NCBI GenBank assembly: GCA_951406725.2
Contig: OX597832.1
Coordinates: 48,484,001-48,548,000 of the forward strand
Direction of reading: 5' to 3'
Length of the DNA stretch: 64,000 nucleotides
Origin: Octopus vulgaris
Taxonomy: Eukaryota
The notes under the pieces were generated by a model, which ran no database searches, had not been told where the DNA came from, and saw only the letters and a list, made by a program, of their open reading frames with translations. Below are positions 14,622-29,897 of this stretch, one piece after another. The position numbers and the translations under genes were made by a program. How positions within the stretch are numbered: the stretch's first letter is position 1; each line of letters opens with the position of its first letter.

Positions 14622-14860
14622 GTTTAGCCCCTTGTGGGCAATAAAGAAATAAGAAACGTTAGCACGCCGGGCGAAATGCGTAGTGGTATGTCGTCTGCCG
14701 TTGTGTTCTGAGTTCAAATTCCGCCGAGGTCGACTTTGCCTTTCATCCTTTCGGGGTCGATTAAATAAGTACCAGTCACGCACTAGGGTCGATGTAATCG
14801 ACTTAATCCCCTTTTCTGTCCTTGTTTGTCCCCTTTATGTTTAGCCCCTTGTGGGCAATA
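14622..14860 (+). mobile_element. SINE family A
   Basis: Body match, preceded by a duplicated tail piece. Confidence 0.8.
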
Positions 14861-15266
14861 AAAAAATATTTTGAAAAAATAGATAAAATAAGAATACGTG
14901 CCAGACTTTAAAAAAACAAGACAAAAAATAAAGACAAGTCCTGGGATGTTGATATGTTTGACTAAACCCTTCAGACGGTCTGACAAGAACTAATAGTTTA
15001 GTATCCCCTCAACGGCTTTAGAATGCAACCGTTCGCCATTATGAGTTCTTTTGTGTCTCCGCATATTCAAAAACAAATGAATTACAAAGGGAATAATGAA
15101 GACATTATTAACACCGGAGAAACGAAAAATTTTTCTCTGCACGGCTAACACAGGAACGACGATGGCAAGGAACGATGCGAATAGGACGCCATTAAACCTG
15201 AAATACGACGAATGGTTTACGAGCGTCTGGCTGTGTATTTAGATGTCTCTGTCTTCATCTCCCCGT

Positions 15267-15297
<31 letters not shown>

Positions 15298-15466
15298 CTG
15301 CTCTATTGTTACTTTTTCGGGTGTAAACAGTATTTGTAGACAGGACGATGTTGAATTAAATTATTCTTAATATTAGACTATTTATATTCAAAGCTATGTA
15401 TATGTATGCATGTATGCGCGCTCGTGTAACTGTACGTGTATATATATATACGTACGTACATATATG

Positions 15467-15498
<32 letters not shown>

Positions 15499-15512
15499 CA
15501 TACATACATACA

Positions 15513-15544
<32 letters not shown>

Positions 15545-15579
15545 GTTACATATATCACAGGCCTCACCAGAAACACACA

Positions 15580-15621
<42 letters not shown>

Positions 15622-15922
15622 ATTGCATACACATATCACTCTATATAAATTGATTAGTAGAATTAAAAAGAAACATTATTGATGTATAAATATATGCATG
15701 TGTATGTGTGTGTATACTTAGATAAAAATCTATAAATTTGTACTCACGCACACGGACATATACATTTGTATATACATACTCACACGCGTGCACATATATT
15801 GGTGTATATATATGCATAAATGTAGTCGTATATTTATAGTTGTATATATATATATGTGTGTGTGTGTGTGTGAGCGTGTGTGCGTAGTCTTTCGTTCCGT
15901 TAGCTTTTGTACGTTTCAGCCC

Positions 15923-16006
<84 letters not shown>

Positions 16007-16009
16007 TAC

Positions 16010-16068
<59 letters not shown>

Positions 16069-16103
16069 CATATATATACATACATATATATATATACATA
16101 TAT

Positions 16104-16148
<45 letters not shown>

Positions 16149-16192
16149 TATATATACATATATATATAGATATATATATACATAAATACACA

Positions 16193-16241
<49 letters not shown>

Positions 16242-16750
16242 TACATGCATACATACACACACATATATATGTATATTTACAAAATAAACATGCCTGCACA
16301 CCATACATATGCATGTATAAACACATACATACACAAATGCATATGTATGCATACATGCATACATCCATCCATCTATCCATCCATACATACATACATAGAT
16401 GCATGCATATAAATAGTTCCGCTCATTAGTCTTGCTAGCAAAATCACAGCTCTCTCTTTCTTTCAATGCAATTCCGATAAAATTACCAACTGAAATAGAA
16501 GTTTGAGATTTTTTTTTTCCCCCGCCACAAGTTATAAACAGCGTTAGTATAATGTCGTACCGACATTTTAACTAACATTGACGTAAGCCGCTTCGAAAAA
16601 CTGTACAGAAAAATATCAAGATGTGTTCGCATAATTAAGCGTTCTATCAACATATTTTTAGAATTCATATCTGAGGGAAGCTCCTACGAAATCTGTGTCT
16701 GTATAAGTTTGTCTGTTTGTCTCTGTGTGTGTGTGTGTGTGTGTGTGTGT

Positions 16751-16794
<44 letters not shown>

Positions 16795-16929
16795 TGTTGT
16801 GTTTGTTTGTGCGGGTGTATACGGCATGTGAGTTTTTGTATGCAAGTTGGTTTGTTTGTATATCTGTATGTCTGTATGTTTGTATATGGTGTATATATAT
16901 ACATATATATACATATATGTATATTTATA

Positions 16930-17000
<71 letters not shown>

Positions 17001-17006
17001 ACATAC

Positions 17007-17040
<34 letters not shown>

Positions 17041-17133
17041 ACACACATATATATATATATATACATATATGTATATTTAGATATGTATATTCATATATGC
17101 ATATACATATATATGTATATATATATATGTATG

Positions 17134-17175
<42 letters not shown>

Positions 17176-17223
17176 TGTATATTTAGATATGTATATTCAT
17201 ATATGTATATACACATATATATG

Positions 17224-17298
<75 letters not shown>

Positions 17299-17321
17299 CT
17301 ATATATATGAATATGCATACG

Positions 17322-17359
<38 letters not shown>

Positions 17360-17882
17360 AGGTTTATTTTACCTGCGTGATGTGTGCGTACGTACATGCG
17401 TACTTAAGCACGCATGTGTGTTTAAATGTCTTTTAGTTGTTGCATTCATTTAATTTCGCACTCGCTCCCTCTCTCTGTGACTCTCTTTTTCTTGATAATT
17501 ACACACACATATATATACACTCCCTCTTACACACATATCCATATATAAACTCGGTAAATACATACACATGAATAGATGTGCGTTTGCAAAGTGTGCGTAT
17601 GCGTATCTGTGTGTCAGTGTGTATGTGTGTGTGTCTGTATATATATATATATATATATACATATGTATGTATGCATATATATATTTTTTTTTGAGAGACA
17701 GACAGCTATAGATATATATGCATAGATACATATATATGTCCACACATATATATATATATATATGTATATGTATATATATGTATGTATGTATATATGTATG
17801 CATGTAGGTATGCATGCGTGGAAATAGACATGTATATATATGCACACGTTTGTAAATACGGACGTAAATACATATATGTATA

Positions 17883-17915
<33 letters not shown>

Positions 17916-17940
17916 GTAAATACATATATGTATAAATACA

Positions 17941-18029
<89 letters not shown>

Positions 18030-18396
18030 TTATATATATACATGTACACATATACATGCATAAATATGTCTCTGTGTAAATATTTAAATGAAAACATTCT
18101 GTAAGGATTAATGGTGTTGTTTCCCCCATTGCCTCTCTCTCCCTCTCCCTCTCTCCCTCTCTCTCTCTCTCTCTTTATTTCACAGTTTCCATGTTCTGCA
18201 TTGAGCGAGCGAAACTCATTGTAGCGTATGACCATTTCCTATCCATGGTTATGTTTTGAAACTTTGGTAACGTTGGCGATGAGGATGGGAAATTATCGAT
18301 ATCAAGACTGAACGAAAATGAAACTAAGTTTAGCAGGATCTTCTTGCAATATTGCAGCGGTTCCACAAAATCACCCATTCACAAACACACACATAG

Positions 18397-18528
<132 letters not shown>

Positions 18529-18540
18529 ACACACACACAA

Positions 18541-18614
<74 letters not shown>

Positions 18615-18749
18615 ATTATTATACTCTAATACAGATTTCTTAAATACATTTAGTGAAAATCTTTTACGTGTTTAACAACAAAACTGATGGATGGTTTCAA
18701 ATCATTGTGAATTTATAATGTCTGATGGTACATTTGATAAAATTATACT

Positions 18750-19385
18750 TCTCTACTCTTGGCACAAGGCCTGAAATTTTTCGGGGATTGTCCAGCCAAT
18801 TTGATCGACCCCAGTACGCAACTGGTACTTAATTTATCGACCTCGAAAGGATGAAAGGCAAACTCGACCTCGGCGGAATTGGAACTCAGAACGTAGAGAC
18901 AAACGAAATACTGCTAAGTATTCAACCCGGCGTGCTAACGTTTCTACCAGCACGCCGCCTTATTCGGTAAATTATATTTTCTTTTTTTTTCTCTACTCTA
19001 GGCACAAGGTCCAGAATTTTGGGGAAGGGGTCCAGTCGATTGGATCGACCCCAGTACGCAACTGGTACTTAATTTATCAACCCCGAAAAGATGAAAGGCA
19101 AAGCTGACCTCAGCGTAATTTGAACTCAGAACGTAGCGGCAGACGAAATACCTATTTTTTTACCGCCCACAAGGGGCTACACACAGAAGGGACAAACAAG
19201 TTTAGACAAACGGATTAAGTCGATTATATCGACCCCAGTGCGTAACTGGTACTTAATTTATCGACCCCGAAAGGATGAAAGGCAAAGTCGACCTCGGCGG
19301 AATTTGAACTCAGAACGTTGCGGCAGACGAAATACTGCTAAGTATTTCGCCCGGCGTACTAACGTTTCTGCCAGCTCGCCGCCTT
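18750..19385 (-). mobile_element. Cluster of SINE family A copies (two tail types)
   Basis: Three body units. Confidence 0.85.
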
Positions 19386-19523
19386 ATTTGGTAAAATTAT
19401 AGGCGCGGGTGCAGTTGTGCAGTTAAGAAGCATGCTTTGCAACCGTGTTGTTTCAAGTTCTGTCCCATTGTGCAGTATCTCTGGGCGAGTGTCTTCTTCT
19501 ATAGCTCCCGTCCGACCAATGTA

Positions 19524-19729
19524 CGTGGGGGTGCCGTAGTGTTACGGGCTTTAAGGATATTGCAAAAGGCCTAGTTGGAGGCCCGACCTTCTGAGTTCTT
19601 TTACAGGGCTTAGAAAAACTGAACGGCTGCTGCAATAAATGTGTGAATCTGCTGTATAAAATCATAATTAACTGGTCCTCCTGTATTTTCTTCTGCTCAA
19701 AGCCCAGAACACTTCAACAAACCCCTGTG
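19524..19729 (+). mobile_element. Possible degenerate mariner-derived MITE
   Basis: Weak TIRs GGGGTG...GGGCTTT / AAAGCCC...ACCCC; the peptide QGLEKLNGCCNKCVNL resembles a mariner C-terminus. Confidence 0.35.
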
Positions 19730-19876
19730 TATGCATTTGTATGTAATGTATTATTTTTATTCTTTTGTTTCAGTCATTTGACTGCAGCCTTGCTGGAGCA
19801 CCGCCTATATATATATACATATATATATATATCAAACGGCCATAGTCAAATGACTGAAGCAAATGAAAATATAAAA

Positions 19877-19946
<70 letters not shown>

Positions 19947-20318
19947 TGAGAGTGATTAGACATGTATTTTTGTATAGAATACACTTCGTAGTGCTCAGGA
20001 CATTTGAACATGAGCAGATAGAGAAGTAAATGTAAGGACAAGTAAGTTAGGTAAGTCGATGCACAAAACATATTAAATACATTTAATGCAAAAAAATATA
20101 CATATGTATACATGGAAAAAAATGTCCGACTTACACAGAATGGAAATGATATCAGGAATTAAGGGAATTGAGTGAGCTAAATTTCTTTCATATCGTACTT
20201 TAAAAACGATATCGAGTCAACCGATGTGCAATAGAAAAATGCGTCATGCTTATAATCGAAGCGTCTCTCATCATCGATTTCTCTGAACAGGGTTGAACTA
20301 GGACTAAACATCGACAGC

Positions 20319-20352
<34 letters not shown>

Positions 20353-20365
20353 GCAGCAGCAGCAA

Positions 20366-20397
<32 letters not shown>

Positions 20398-21315
20398 CCA
20401 TCATCTCAACAGCATTGTGAATTATTTCCAGTCTCATATTTGCAAATAAGAGGATGGGTATCAATATTTGTACGTTTGGTAGTATGCCGATATTTTCACA
20501 TCAAAACATGTATGTACGTACGCATGTATGTATGTATGTATGTATGTATGTATGTATGTATGTATGTATGTATGTATGTATGTATGTATGTATACGTATA
20601 TATATCCATATATATGTATATATATGTATGCATATATACATATGTATATGTATATATATTTATATATATAAAATAAAATCAATAACAGAACACAAGGGAT
20701 ATCGCGGTACACGTGTTTCAATCTTTATAAACGACCTGTTCTTATATCAGTGTATAATAGATATAAAAGATATAAAATATGGTTTAAAACTCTCTTCAGC
20801 CGCATACATTGTTATTCCAAGAAGTTACATCACACTATAAAAGATATGAAAAATATGAAAAGTACATGTAGTATTACACATTATAATAGGTATATCATAT
20901 CTCCTTGAGAAAGTGTATTTGTAAAATTTCGTAACTGTATAACTGTATAAATGTTCATTGGATCTCGAAAATCTGTCCATACTGTATCACCAGTCAACAT
21001 ATTTATATATATATATATGTCTGTATGTATTAATGTATGTATGACTGGTACTTAATTTGATCAACTTCCGGATAAAATGTATTGTCGACCTTGACGAAAT
21101 TTAAAAACAAAACAAAAAAAAACGTCGCGAAATATTTAAAGGTCCTGCATCTATCGCACCATCATCTTCATCGTACAATCGATATTGCCATCGATCGTAT
21201 GTCCTTTTGTTCGACATGGACGATTTTGTCAATCAACCGCTCCTTGTCACGCTCATAATTATGAAAAAATAATTCCTAAAGTAGGCGAATACTAACAATT
21301 TTTTGTGGTTGGGTC

Positions 21316-21353
<38 letters not shown>

Positions 21354-21489
21354 TGTGTTGATGATATTAATGCTAGTAACGGAATAGGAATTATTTCGTC
21401 GCGACATAATTTTGAACTCAGAACGTTAAGGGATAATACCTTTATAGATACTGCAAGGCATTTTTCTCGCTGCTCTACCGTTTCTTTTC

Positions 21490-21685
21490 TTCACTAGGCA
21501 CAAGGCCGGAAATTTTGGGGGAGTGTGCCAGTCGATTAGATCGACCCCAGTACGCAACTGGTACTTAATTTATGGACCCCGAAAGGATGAAAGGCAAAGT
21601 CGACCTTGGCGGAATTTGAACTCAAAACGTGAAGACATACGAAACACCGTTAAGCATTTCGCCTGGTGTGCTAACGTTTCTGCCA
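21490..21685 (-). mobile_element. SINE family A (short-tail subtype)
   Basis: Body match. Confidence 0.8.
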
Positions 21686-21729
21686 TCCACTGTCCTTATC
21701 GCAGTCACATATAAAAAAAACAGAAATGT

Positions 21730-21760
<31 letters not shown>

Positions 21761-21967
21761 TGTAGGTTCAAAAAGTAGGTTAGGGTGAAATATTTATTTA
21801 CAGCTGTAACAAAATCCGTGTCCCTTGCTACGTAATTATTGTGTATGTGTATGCCCGTATGTACATGCAATTATATAGATATTTTTCTACGTGCATACGG
21901 TTATATTCATATACGTGGATATATGTGAGCCTGTACCTGCATAAACATATGTATGTATGTATGCATG

Positions 21968-22012
<45 letters not shown>

Positions 22013-22445
22013 GTTTGAAAGTAAGTGTACTGAAATGAAATGAATGTTTCTATAAACGACTGTATGTCTGTGTGCACAAATGAGACAAAAAAGAACCAAA
22101 TAAAAAGAAGGAAAAAACAATAGCCATACAAACAAACAAACAAACACAAACACACAAACGTTGAAGCCGTTAACAATCTCGAAATGGTAGATACAAGTTA
22201 AACGAAGCCTTTCTTCGATTCGTTTTGTCTTTTGATAGCTGTTTCTCTGGCTGTCAAAACATTTCACACATAGTATACAAGACATAGGAGGCTTAAAACT
22301 AGTATTCGGGAAAATTACCGAGTTATTAGCGTTATATTGTAATCCTCTTTTGTTCGGTACACATCGCTGCACAACATCAAACACAACACCTCAACTAAGT
22401 TTTACCGATTCGCCGAGTCTGTTATTTCTATTTTCGATATAACAA

Positions 22446-22499
<54 letters not shown>

Positions 22500-22997
22500 G
22501 ACTACGAAATTAACCATAAAACAAAAGATGTATTTTGGTAATCTCTTCTCTTACACCTCCCACCATCATTACATCGTCGCCGTTGCCGCCACAGACGCCG
22601 CTACCTGTAAAGTTTTGTCACATATACAGGTACAAGAATAAAACGAAATCACCATAGATAGAATCAATGGTTCATGCTGTCTGTAATAATTCTTACAAAT
22701 GCGGGATCTATAGGTACTGAATTGGCTTTTGGAATTTAGTGTTAACGATGTTGTTTAGTTCTAGGGCAGAGGTTTGCTAACCGTTTCGGCAGAACTTTCA
22801 GGTATGAGATTATGAATAATTTCCAAAAATTCTTGCCATGTTATTTGCTGCGAAAGGATGTTGGCGATTTAGAATACACCCTACAAGAAAAATACTGCCG
22901 CCACGAGAAAAATATGTCTAAGAAAGGCGTTAGTCGAAACTAAATTACCAGAACACATTCAGTATCTGTGGATCTTTTATTATTACAGACAATATTA

Positions 22998-23670
22998 CGG
23001 CGGCGAGCTGGTAGAATTGTTAGTACGAAATGCTTATCCGTATTTCGCCCGTCATTAAGTTCTGATTTCAAATTCCGCCGAGGTTTTCTTTGCCTTTCAT
23101 CCTCTCGAGGTCGATAGATTAAGTACCGTTTGAGTATTAGCATCGGTGAAATCGATTATCCTCCTTCCCCCAATCTCAGACCTTGTGTCTATAATAGAAA
23201 AGATTATTACAGATAACATTAAGGCGCGAGCTGGCAGAATTGTTAGCACGCCGAGCGAGATGCTTAGCGGCATTTCGTTCGTCTTTACGTTCTGAGTTCA
23301 AATTCCGCCGGGGTAGGACTTTACCTTTCATTCTTCCAGAATTAGTAAAATAAATACCAGTTGATCTGTGGGATCGATGTAATCGACTGTCCCCCTCTCC
23401 CAAATTTCAGGCCTTGTTCCTATAGTGGAAAGGATTATTACAGCGGCGAGCTGGCAGAAACATTAGCACGCCGGGCAAAATGCGTAGCCGTATTTCGTCT
23501 GCCGTTACGTTCCGAGTTCAAATTTCGCCGAGGTCGACTTTGCCTTTCATCCTTTCGGGGTCGATGAAATAAGTACCAGTTACGCACTGGGGTCGATATA
23601 ATCTTAATCCGTTTGTCGGTCCTTGTTTGTCCCCTCTGTGTTTAGCCCCTTGTGGGTAGTAAAGAAATAG
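22998..23670 (+). mobile_element. Three head-to-tail SINE family A copies
   Basis: Three GGCGAGCTGG-type heads separated by TTATTACAG-containing spacers. Confidence 0.85.
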
Positions 23671-24417
23671 GAAAGGATTATTACAGACAACATCAACCAT
23701 AGATTCTATGGGGATTTGTCACAGCTTCGTGGTTATGTCGGGTGGGATAGCAGGGTGTAAGATTTTCATTCTCTCATCAACTTTTTTCAATTATAGCATG
23801 AAACGGTAGCTGACTGCAAGATTTATATCCAAGTATATTTCTAATAGAAGTGCTGCCTTCCCTACGGCTTTGTCAAAAATAACTGCAGCTTTCTCCACCC
23901 CTGAAAATCTTTTTAATCCATAGAGGGAACCCTGACACGTACAGCCGTTCATGGTCGGAACGAACCAGGGAATAATGGTAGTCAAGGAGTGATTCCAATG
24001 TTTCCCACAATTCTAGAATTCCTAAACTGGAGTCTCGCCACCGAAAGCAGTTTAATGTCGGACTCAGAAAATTGAAGTTGATACTTGCATGCATTTATGT
24101 GTATGTGTATGTGAGTGTGTATGTTTGTGTGTGTGTGTGTTTATAAAAAGAAAGAAAGTAAGACAGTGACTTCGAAGTTACGGCTTAATGAACGCGGTTT
24201 GTTGCGGTATATGGAAGGGTGTGGCCGTTGATGTGGTTTCTACTTGTTTCTAAATTTTGCTTTGGGTGTGTTTTGGGGAAAGATGGCCTATTAACCCAAG
24301 AATCTCTTTTATAGAAATTCATCTTATCTAGTACTATCTCAACTCTACATACACTGCCTATCTGTCTGCCTGTCTGCTTGGTCTTTTATTACTTTACGAT
24401 CAATCGTTGTATGTTAG

Positions 24418-24509
<92 letters not shown>

Positions 24510-24943
24510 CCTAACTACCTACATCAGTCGAAAGTAAGAAGTCACTGTTAGTGTTTTCCTTGTGAAAATTAATAAATATGTACTCCATTAAAAGTATTGA
24601 GCGAAACTTAAGTTTAATGCAATAATCTTTTATACATAACTTCACTTAATAACAAACATTAATAATATAATATAACCCCACCACACACACACACACACAC
24701 ACACATGGTTCTATGTAAAAGGACCGAACTATCAGATACGTGATTTCATGTGCGTATGCGAACTTTCAAGTAATTCAATTCCATGTAAAGCTATTAATAT
24801 AAATATTTAAACACCATGAAAATATGTTGGAAGCTCATTTCTTTCGCATGTACGTCTACATGTTATACACGAGTATGTTTCTATAAACACACGCACGCGC
24901 GAGCACACGCACATATATAGATATATGTATATGTATATGTATG

Positions 24944-25001
<58 letters not shown>

Positions 25002-25055
25002 CATGTATGTATATATCTGTACTTATATATATATATATGCATATATATACATATA

Positions 25056-25117
<62 letters not shown>

Positions 25118-25179
25118 TACATATATAGATAGATACACACAGACATATATAGATAGATAGATAGATGCACACAAACATA

Positions 25180-25238
<59 letters not shown>

Positions 25239-25478
25239 ATATATATGTGTATATATATATATATAGAGAGATATATAGATATATATACATATATATATAT
25301 ATGCATGCATGTATATATATATAGTTATATGTATTTACTATATATGTATATACACATATATACATATATATGTGTCTATATGTATGTATGTATAATATAT
25401 ATGCGTTGTATATATATGTATAAATATATATATTTATATATTTGAGTTTTACAAATAAGCTACCCATTTAATTTGTTG

Positions 25479-25518
<40 letters not shown>

Positions 25519-25752
25519 ATGCATATGGCCGGTTTATTGGGTTAACCCCGGTTAAACCCATAAATCGGCCATATTGTAAAATATAAAAGGCGGTGCTCCA
25601 GCATGGCCACAATTATAGGACAAATAAAAGAATATATATATATACAAGAACATGGTTCACATCCTTTATAGTCAGTCACAATTTGAAACAGAGTGTTTTA
25701 TCGATATCTGTCTGGATTTTTAATCCCTCTTTATTTTTTATAGATACACACA

Positions 25753-25792
<40 letters not shown>

Positions 25793-26405
25793 GTATATCA
25801 CAGTCTGTTTTTGTGTGCATACTTTTGCACGGAACACTATATAGATAAACATATTGTTCATGTCTATATACGTCTCATTTTATTTAACCCAATAATTTCC
25901 CCTTTCCTTATATTGACATTCAACTTGTGTCACTTCTAACACCATTTACAGACGGTAATTGATCTTGTGGTTCCTCATTTACTTTCCTTTGGCTTCTGTT
26001 TATGTTTGAGAAAGTGAGACTGTCGAATTCCATCATTTCCATTTAACTGTTTGTTTAATGCTAACATGTACGATTATGCTAGGAAAGCTTTCCTTTATTT
26101 TTGTTTTGAAATGTTTTTTTTTTTGCTGTGAACTTTCCTTTAGTTTTTTTTTCTTTTTTTTTTTTAGCAAAATAAGAAAAGAGTTTATGTAGTTCTTATC
26201 GTTAATTTATTGCAAGTCAGCTTGGTTTGATGCAATTTCAGGAAGCTTTTAAAAATCACAAAACCATACGGAACATCAATATCAAAATCAAAACACTTGT
26301 GTGAATTGTTAGAACAACATACATACATACATGCATACATATACAGTGGGAGGAAATAAATATTCGTACATGTCAAAATTCTTTATTTATTTAATTTCTA
26401 ATGAA

Positions 26406-26438
26406 CATAAAGTTTCATGCCTTAGCGATCATCAGATG
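26406..26438 (-). ncRNA. Degenerate minimal hammerhead-like motif
   Basis: CAU-CUGAUGA-UCGCUAAGGCAU-GAAA-CUUU-AUG; stem II imperfect. Confidence 0.35.
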
Positions 26439-26721
26439 AGATTTTTATGTAAATCTCTTATTTCATATCCATCGGTTTCGTTGTATATTTGAACCCGACT
26501 GTTTTCTTTTTCTGGGCAAAGCCTGTCTTTGGTTTTCAATATTTTGTTTCATAATTCTTGCCAGAAGCGTGTTCAACATTTTGTCCTATTGGCTGTTTAT
26601 ATTTTGATCCCAGTTTTCGTATTTGACTCAAAACCGTACGAAATTGGGCCCTGATTCTAGAACGCCAACTTCTTGCTTTAAAGTAAAGAGTAAGTATCTC
26701 ATTTATTTCTTTTGCCACATG

Positions 26722-26774
26722 TATCACTGACGAAGGGAGGGCTGTTATGAGCTAACTCTGAAATCGGTCCGATA
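26722..26774 (+). ncRNA. Type I hammerhead motif in a PLE pLTR-like segment
   Basis: UAUCA-CUGACGA-AGGG...CUCU-GAA-AUCGGU-C-CGAUA; GUC triplet, near-palindromic stem III. Confidence 0.55.
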
Positions 26775-26966
26775 TGGTAATAATGGAATTTTTTAGAAAT
26801 TTCTGTCGACCTTTCTCGAGTAGCGTGCGTATTGTGAAAAAATTATATGGTTAATGGACAATATGTCCAATTTTTCGGCATAGTTGGCATTAGAAATTTT
26901 TTCGTTTGCTCTTATTTATGAATTGTTTATAAATATATATTTATATATATATATATATAAATATAC

Positions 26967-27043
<77 letters not shown>

Positions 27044-27047
<4 letters not shown>

Positions 27048-27230
27048 GTATACGTGTGGCTGTGTGATCAGAAGCTTGTTTTCCAACCACTTGGTTCCGT
27101 GTTCAGTCCTATTGCGTTGCACCTTGGGCAGGTGTCTTCTACTTTGGCCTCGAGCCGACAGAAGACTTGTGAGTGGACTTGGTAGACAGAGACTGAAAGA
27201 AGACCATCACACACACACATACACACACGC

Positions 27231-27274
<44 letters not shown>

Positions 27275-27330
27275 ATGTATATATTTGTACGAGTGTGTCT
27301 GTGTTTCCCCTACCATTGCTTGACGATATA
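27044..27330 (+). mobile_element. Diverged SINE family B
   Basis: GTGGCTGTGTG...CACCTTGGGCAGGTGTCTTCTACT. Confidence 0.75.
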
Positions 27331-27395
27331 TATATATACACACATATACATACATATATATATGTGTATATATATATATATATACATATATACAT

Positions 27396-27551
<156 letters not shown>

Positions 27552-28271
27552 TTCTCTGCCTATTTCCATTTCTTTGCTCTCTTACTCTCACACTCTATAC
27601 AGCAGTCTCTCCTCTCTTACTCCCTTCATCTATTATCCCTTTCCTCTTCTTAGCTTTCTCTCCAAGCCTCCCCTCTTTATAATTGTCCACCATCTCTCTC
27701 TCTCTCTCTCTCCTCCTCCGTCAGTCACCCTACATGTGTGACTGAACAAGAATGGACCACCCAAAATGCTTATTAATGGCGACGTATTGGTTTCAAATGT
27801 ATGAAAGCGACCAAATAAACGTTGGGCGTTGACTATCGACGTCATATACAGAGGAGATACGGCAAAGTGGAACAACCGTGGAAGTTATCTACGAAAGAAC
27901 AGAAGCCGTTATATTCCGTTTCAGTTACTTCTTGAGTTCCCGTGGAACACCATTACGCATGATGCTGTAGGGAAATGACGAAACTTATGTCACTTCTGAA
28001 AATAAATATTAGCGAATTTGGCAGTGGCGTTTTTGACAGGCACTGAAACAGCGGCGTTTCTATGATAAGATTTGCTTATATACAGATATACTTGTTCGTC
28101 CGTCGGAACGGCAATGACCGTCTTGTCGATCTCGATGAAGGATGGCTTGTGACCGTGTTTAAAAGTGAGAAGCTGCTCAATACATAAATATATACTACAC
28201 GAAGAAACACACACATATGCACACATAAGCACACTAATACATACATACTCACACATGTAGGCACACACGTA

Positions 28272-28343
<72 letters not shown>

Positions 28344-28411
28344 CATGTGCATTTGTATGTACGTATGTATTTTAGCATAAATGTGAGTGTATTTATATAT
28401 ATATATACATA

Positions 28412-28793
28412 TGGGGTCATCCCATAAATAATGCGTTTTTTAAATACTTTTATTTTTCAAAATTAAGATAAACAAAGTTCTTTTTTAATCTAGAATATAC
28501 TCTCCTTCATTTTCTACAATGCTCTTCCATCTATCTGGTAGACTTGAAAGGCCCCTCTTCCAAAATGCACTTGTTCGTGACGAAAAATACTCATCCAGTA
28601 CTGTTCTGGCCTCTTCTAGAAAATTCACATTTTTTGCGTCTAAATTATTTTGGAAACTGCGGAATAAATTATAATGAGATGGGCTAATGTCCGTCGAATA
28701 TGGTGGGTAGGATATCGTTTCCCAATCAAACTATTACAGCCTTTGGAATGTCATGCAGTTGAAAAATTCCGCATTATTTATGAGATGACCCAG
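28412..28793 (-). mobile_element. Internally deleted mariner element
   Basis: TIRs GGGTCATC(C/T)CATAAATAATGCG flanked by TA; minus strand YPPYSTDISPSHYNLFRSFQNNL...LDEYFSSR...FWKRGLSSLPDRWKSIVENEGEYILD matches the mariner PYSPDLAP.DY C-terminus. Confidence 0.9.
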
Positions 28794-28804
28794 TATATAT
28801 ACAT

Positions 28805-29020
28805 ATCTTTCATCTGTTTCAGTCACTTGATCGCGGCCATGCACCATATTGAAGAATTTCTGGTCGAATGTATCGATCTTATTACTTAGGTTGTGGTACT
28901 TATTCTATTGTACCTATTCTGTTGTACTTATTCTATTGGTCTCTTTATGGGGACTTAAACACACCAGCACCGATTGTCAAGCGGTGGTAGGAGACAAACA
29001 CAGACACAACGACACATCAC
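28805..29020 (-). mobile_element. Degenerate SINE family B 3' half
   Basis: Tail similarity. Confidence 0.65.
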
Positions 29021-29080
29021 ACATACACACACACACATATAATATGTATGTATAAATATTAAAAAATACGATATGATTAG

Positions 29081-29120
<40 letters not shown>

Positions 29121-29133
29121 CATACATACATAC

Positions 29134-29253
<120 letters not shown>

Positions 29254-29567
29254 GCACACACTCACACACACACAAGTACACACACATGCGTATATATAAT
29301 AATGTTAATAGCTATTTTAAGCAAATAACATCCTATTCAATGGTCTGAATACAGAATATGGTTTCTATAAAACCAGATCCCTTAATGACTAAACTATCCT
29401 CGCCGCGATGTAATTTAATGAACGCAATGTGGTTTCCCGCAACATCAGTAAAGCTTACACCCAAATCTAGTAACATCCTGCCACTCATATATCCATATGA
29501 GCATGTGTGTGTGTGCGCGTGTCTTAGAGAGAGAGAGTGAGAGAGAGAGAAAAAGGAGGAGGGCTAG

Positions 29568-29614
<47 letters not shown>

Positions 29615-29897
29615 AGTTGAATATTGATTTAACTGAGTCGCCTGTAATCAATCAACTCACGCCTATTCTTGCAGTTAACGTGAAAAATCATGGTTTTTTA
29701 CCAAGTCCGCTATTCTGGAATTAAAAAAAAAAAATGAAGTGCGGGCTGACGATCAACTCAATCTATTTTATGCGAGGAAATTCTAAATACTTCGTGGTAT
29801 TGTTTTCTGTGAACCGAATTCCAGCCATCTACCCATCTATACACCCCACTCCACATCCATCTAAAGAAGTCATCCGTAGTAGTGAGAATTATATATA

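Noticed and set aside
20705-20750. GAAACACGUGUA hammerhead 3' half on the minus strand
   Set aside because: No correctly placed CUGANGA and no stem I, so it is not counted as a ribozyme.
23791-24094. Non-repetitive short ORFs (also 27990-28180, 56245-56460, 59793-60014)
   Set aside because: No recognisable protein motif or consistent exon chain.
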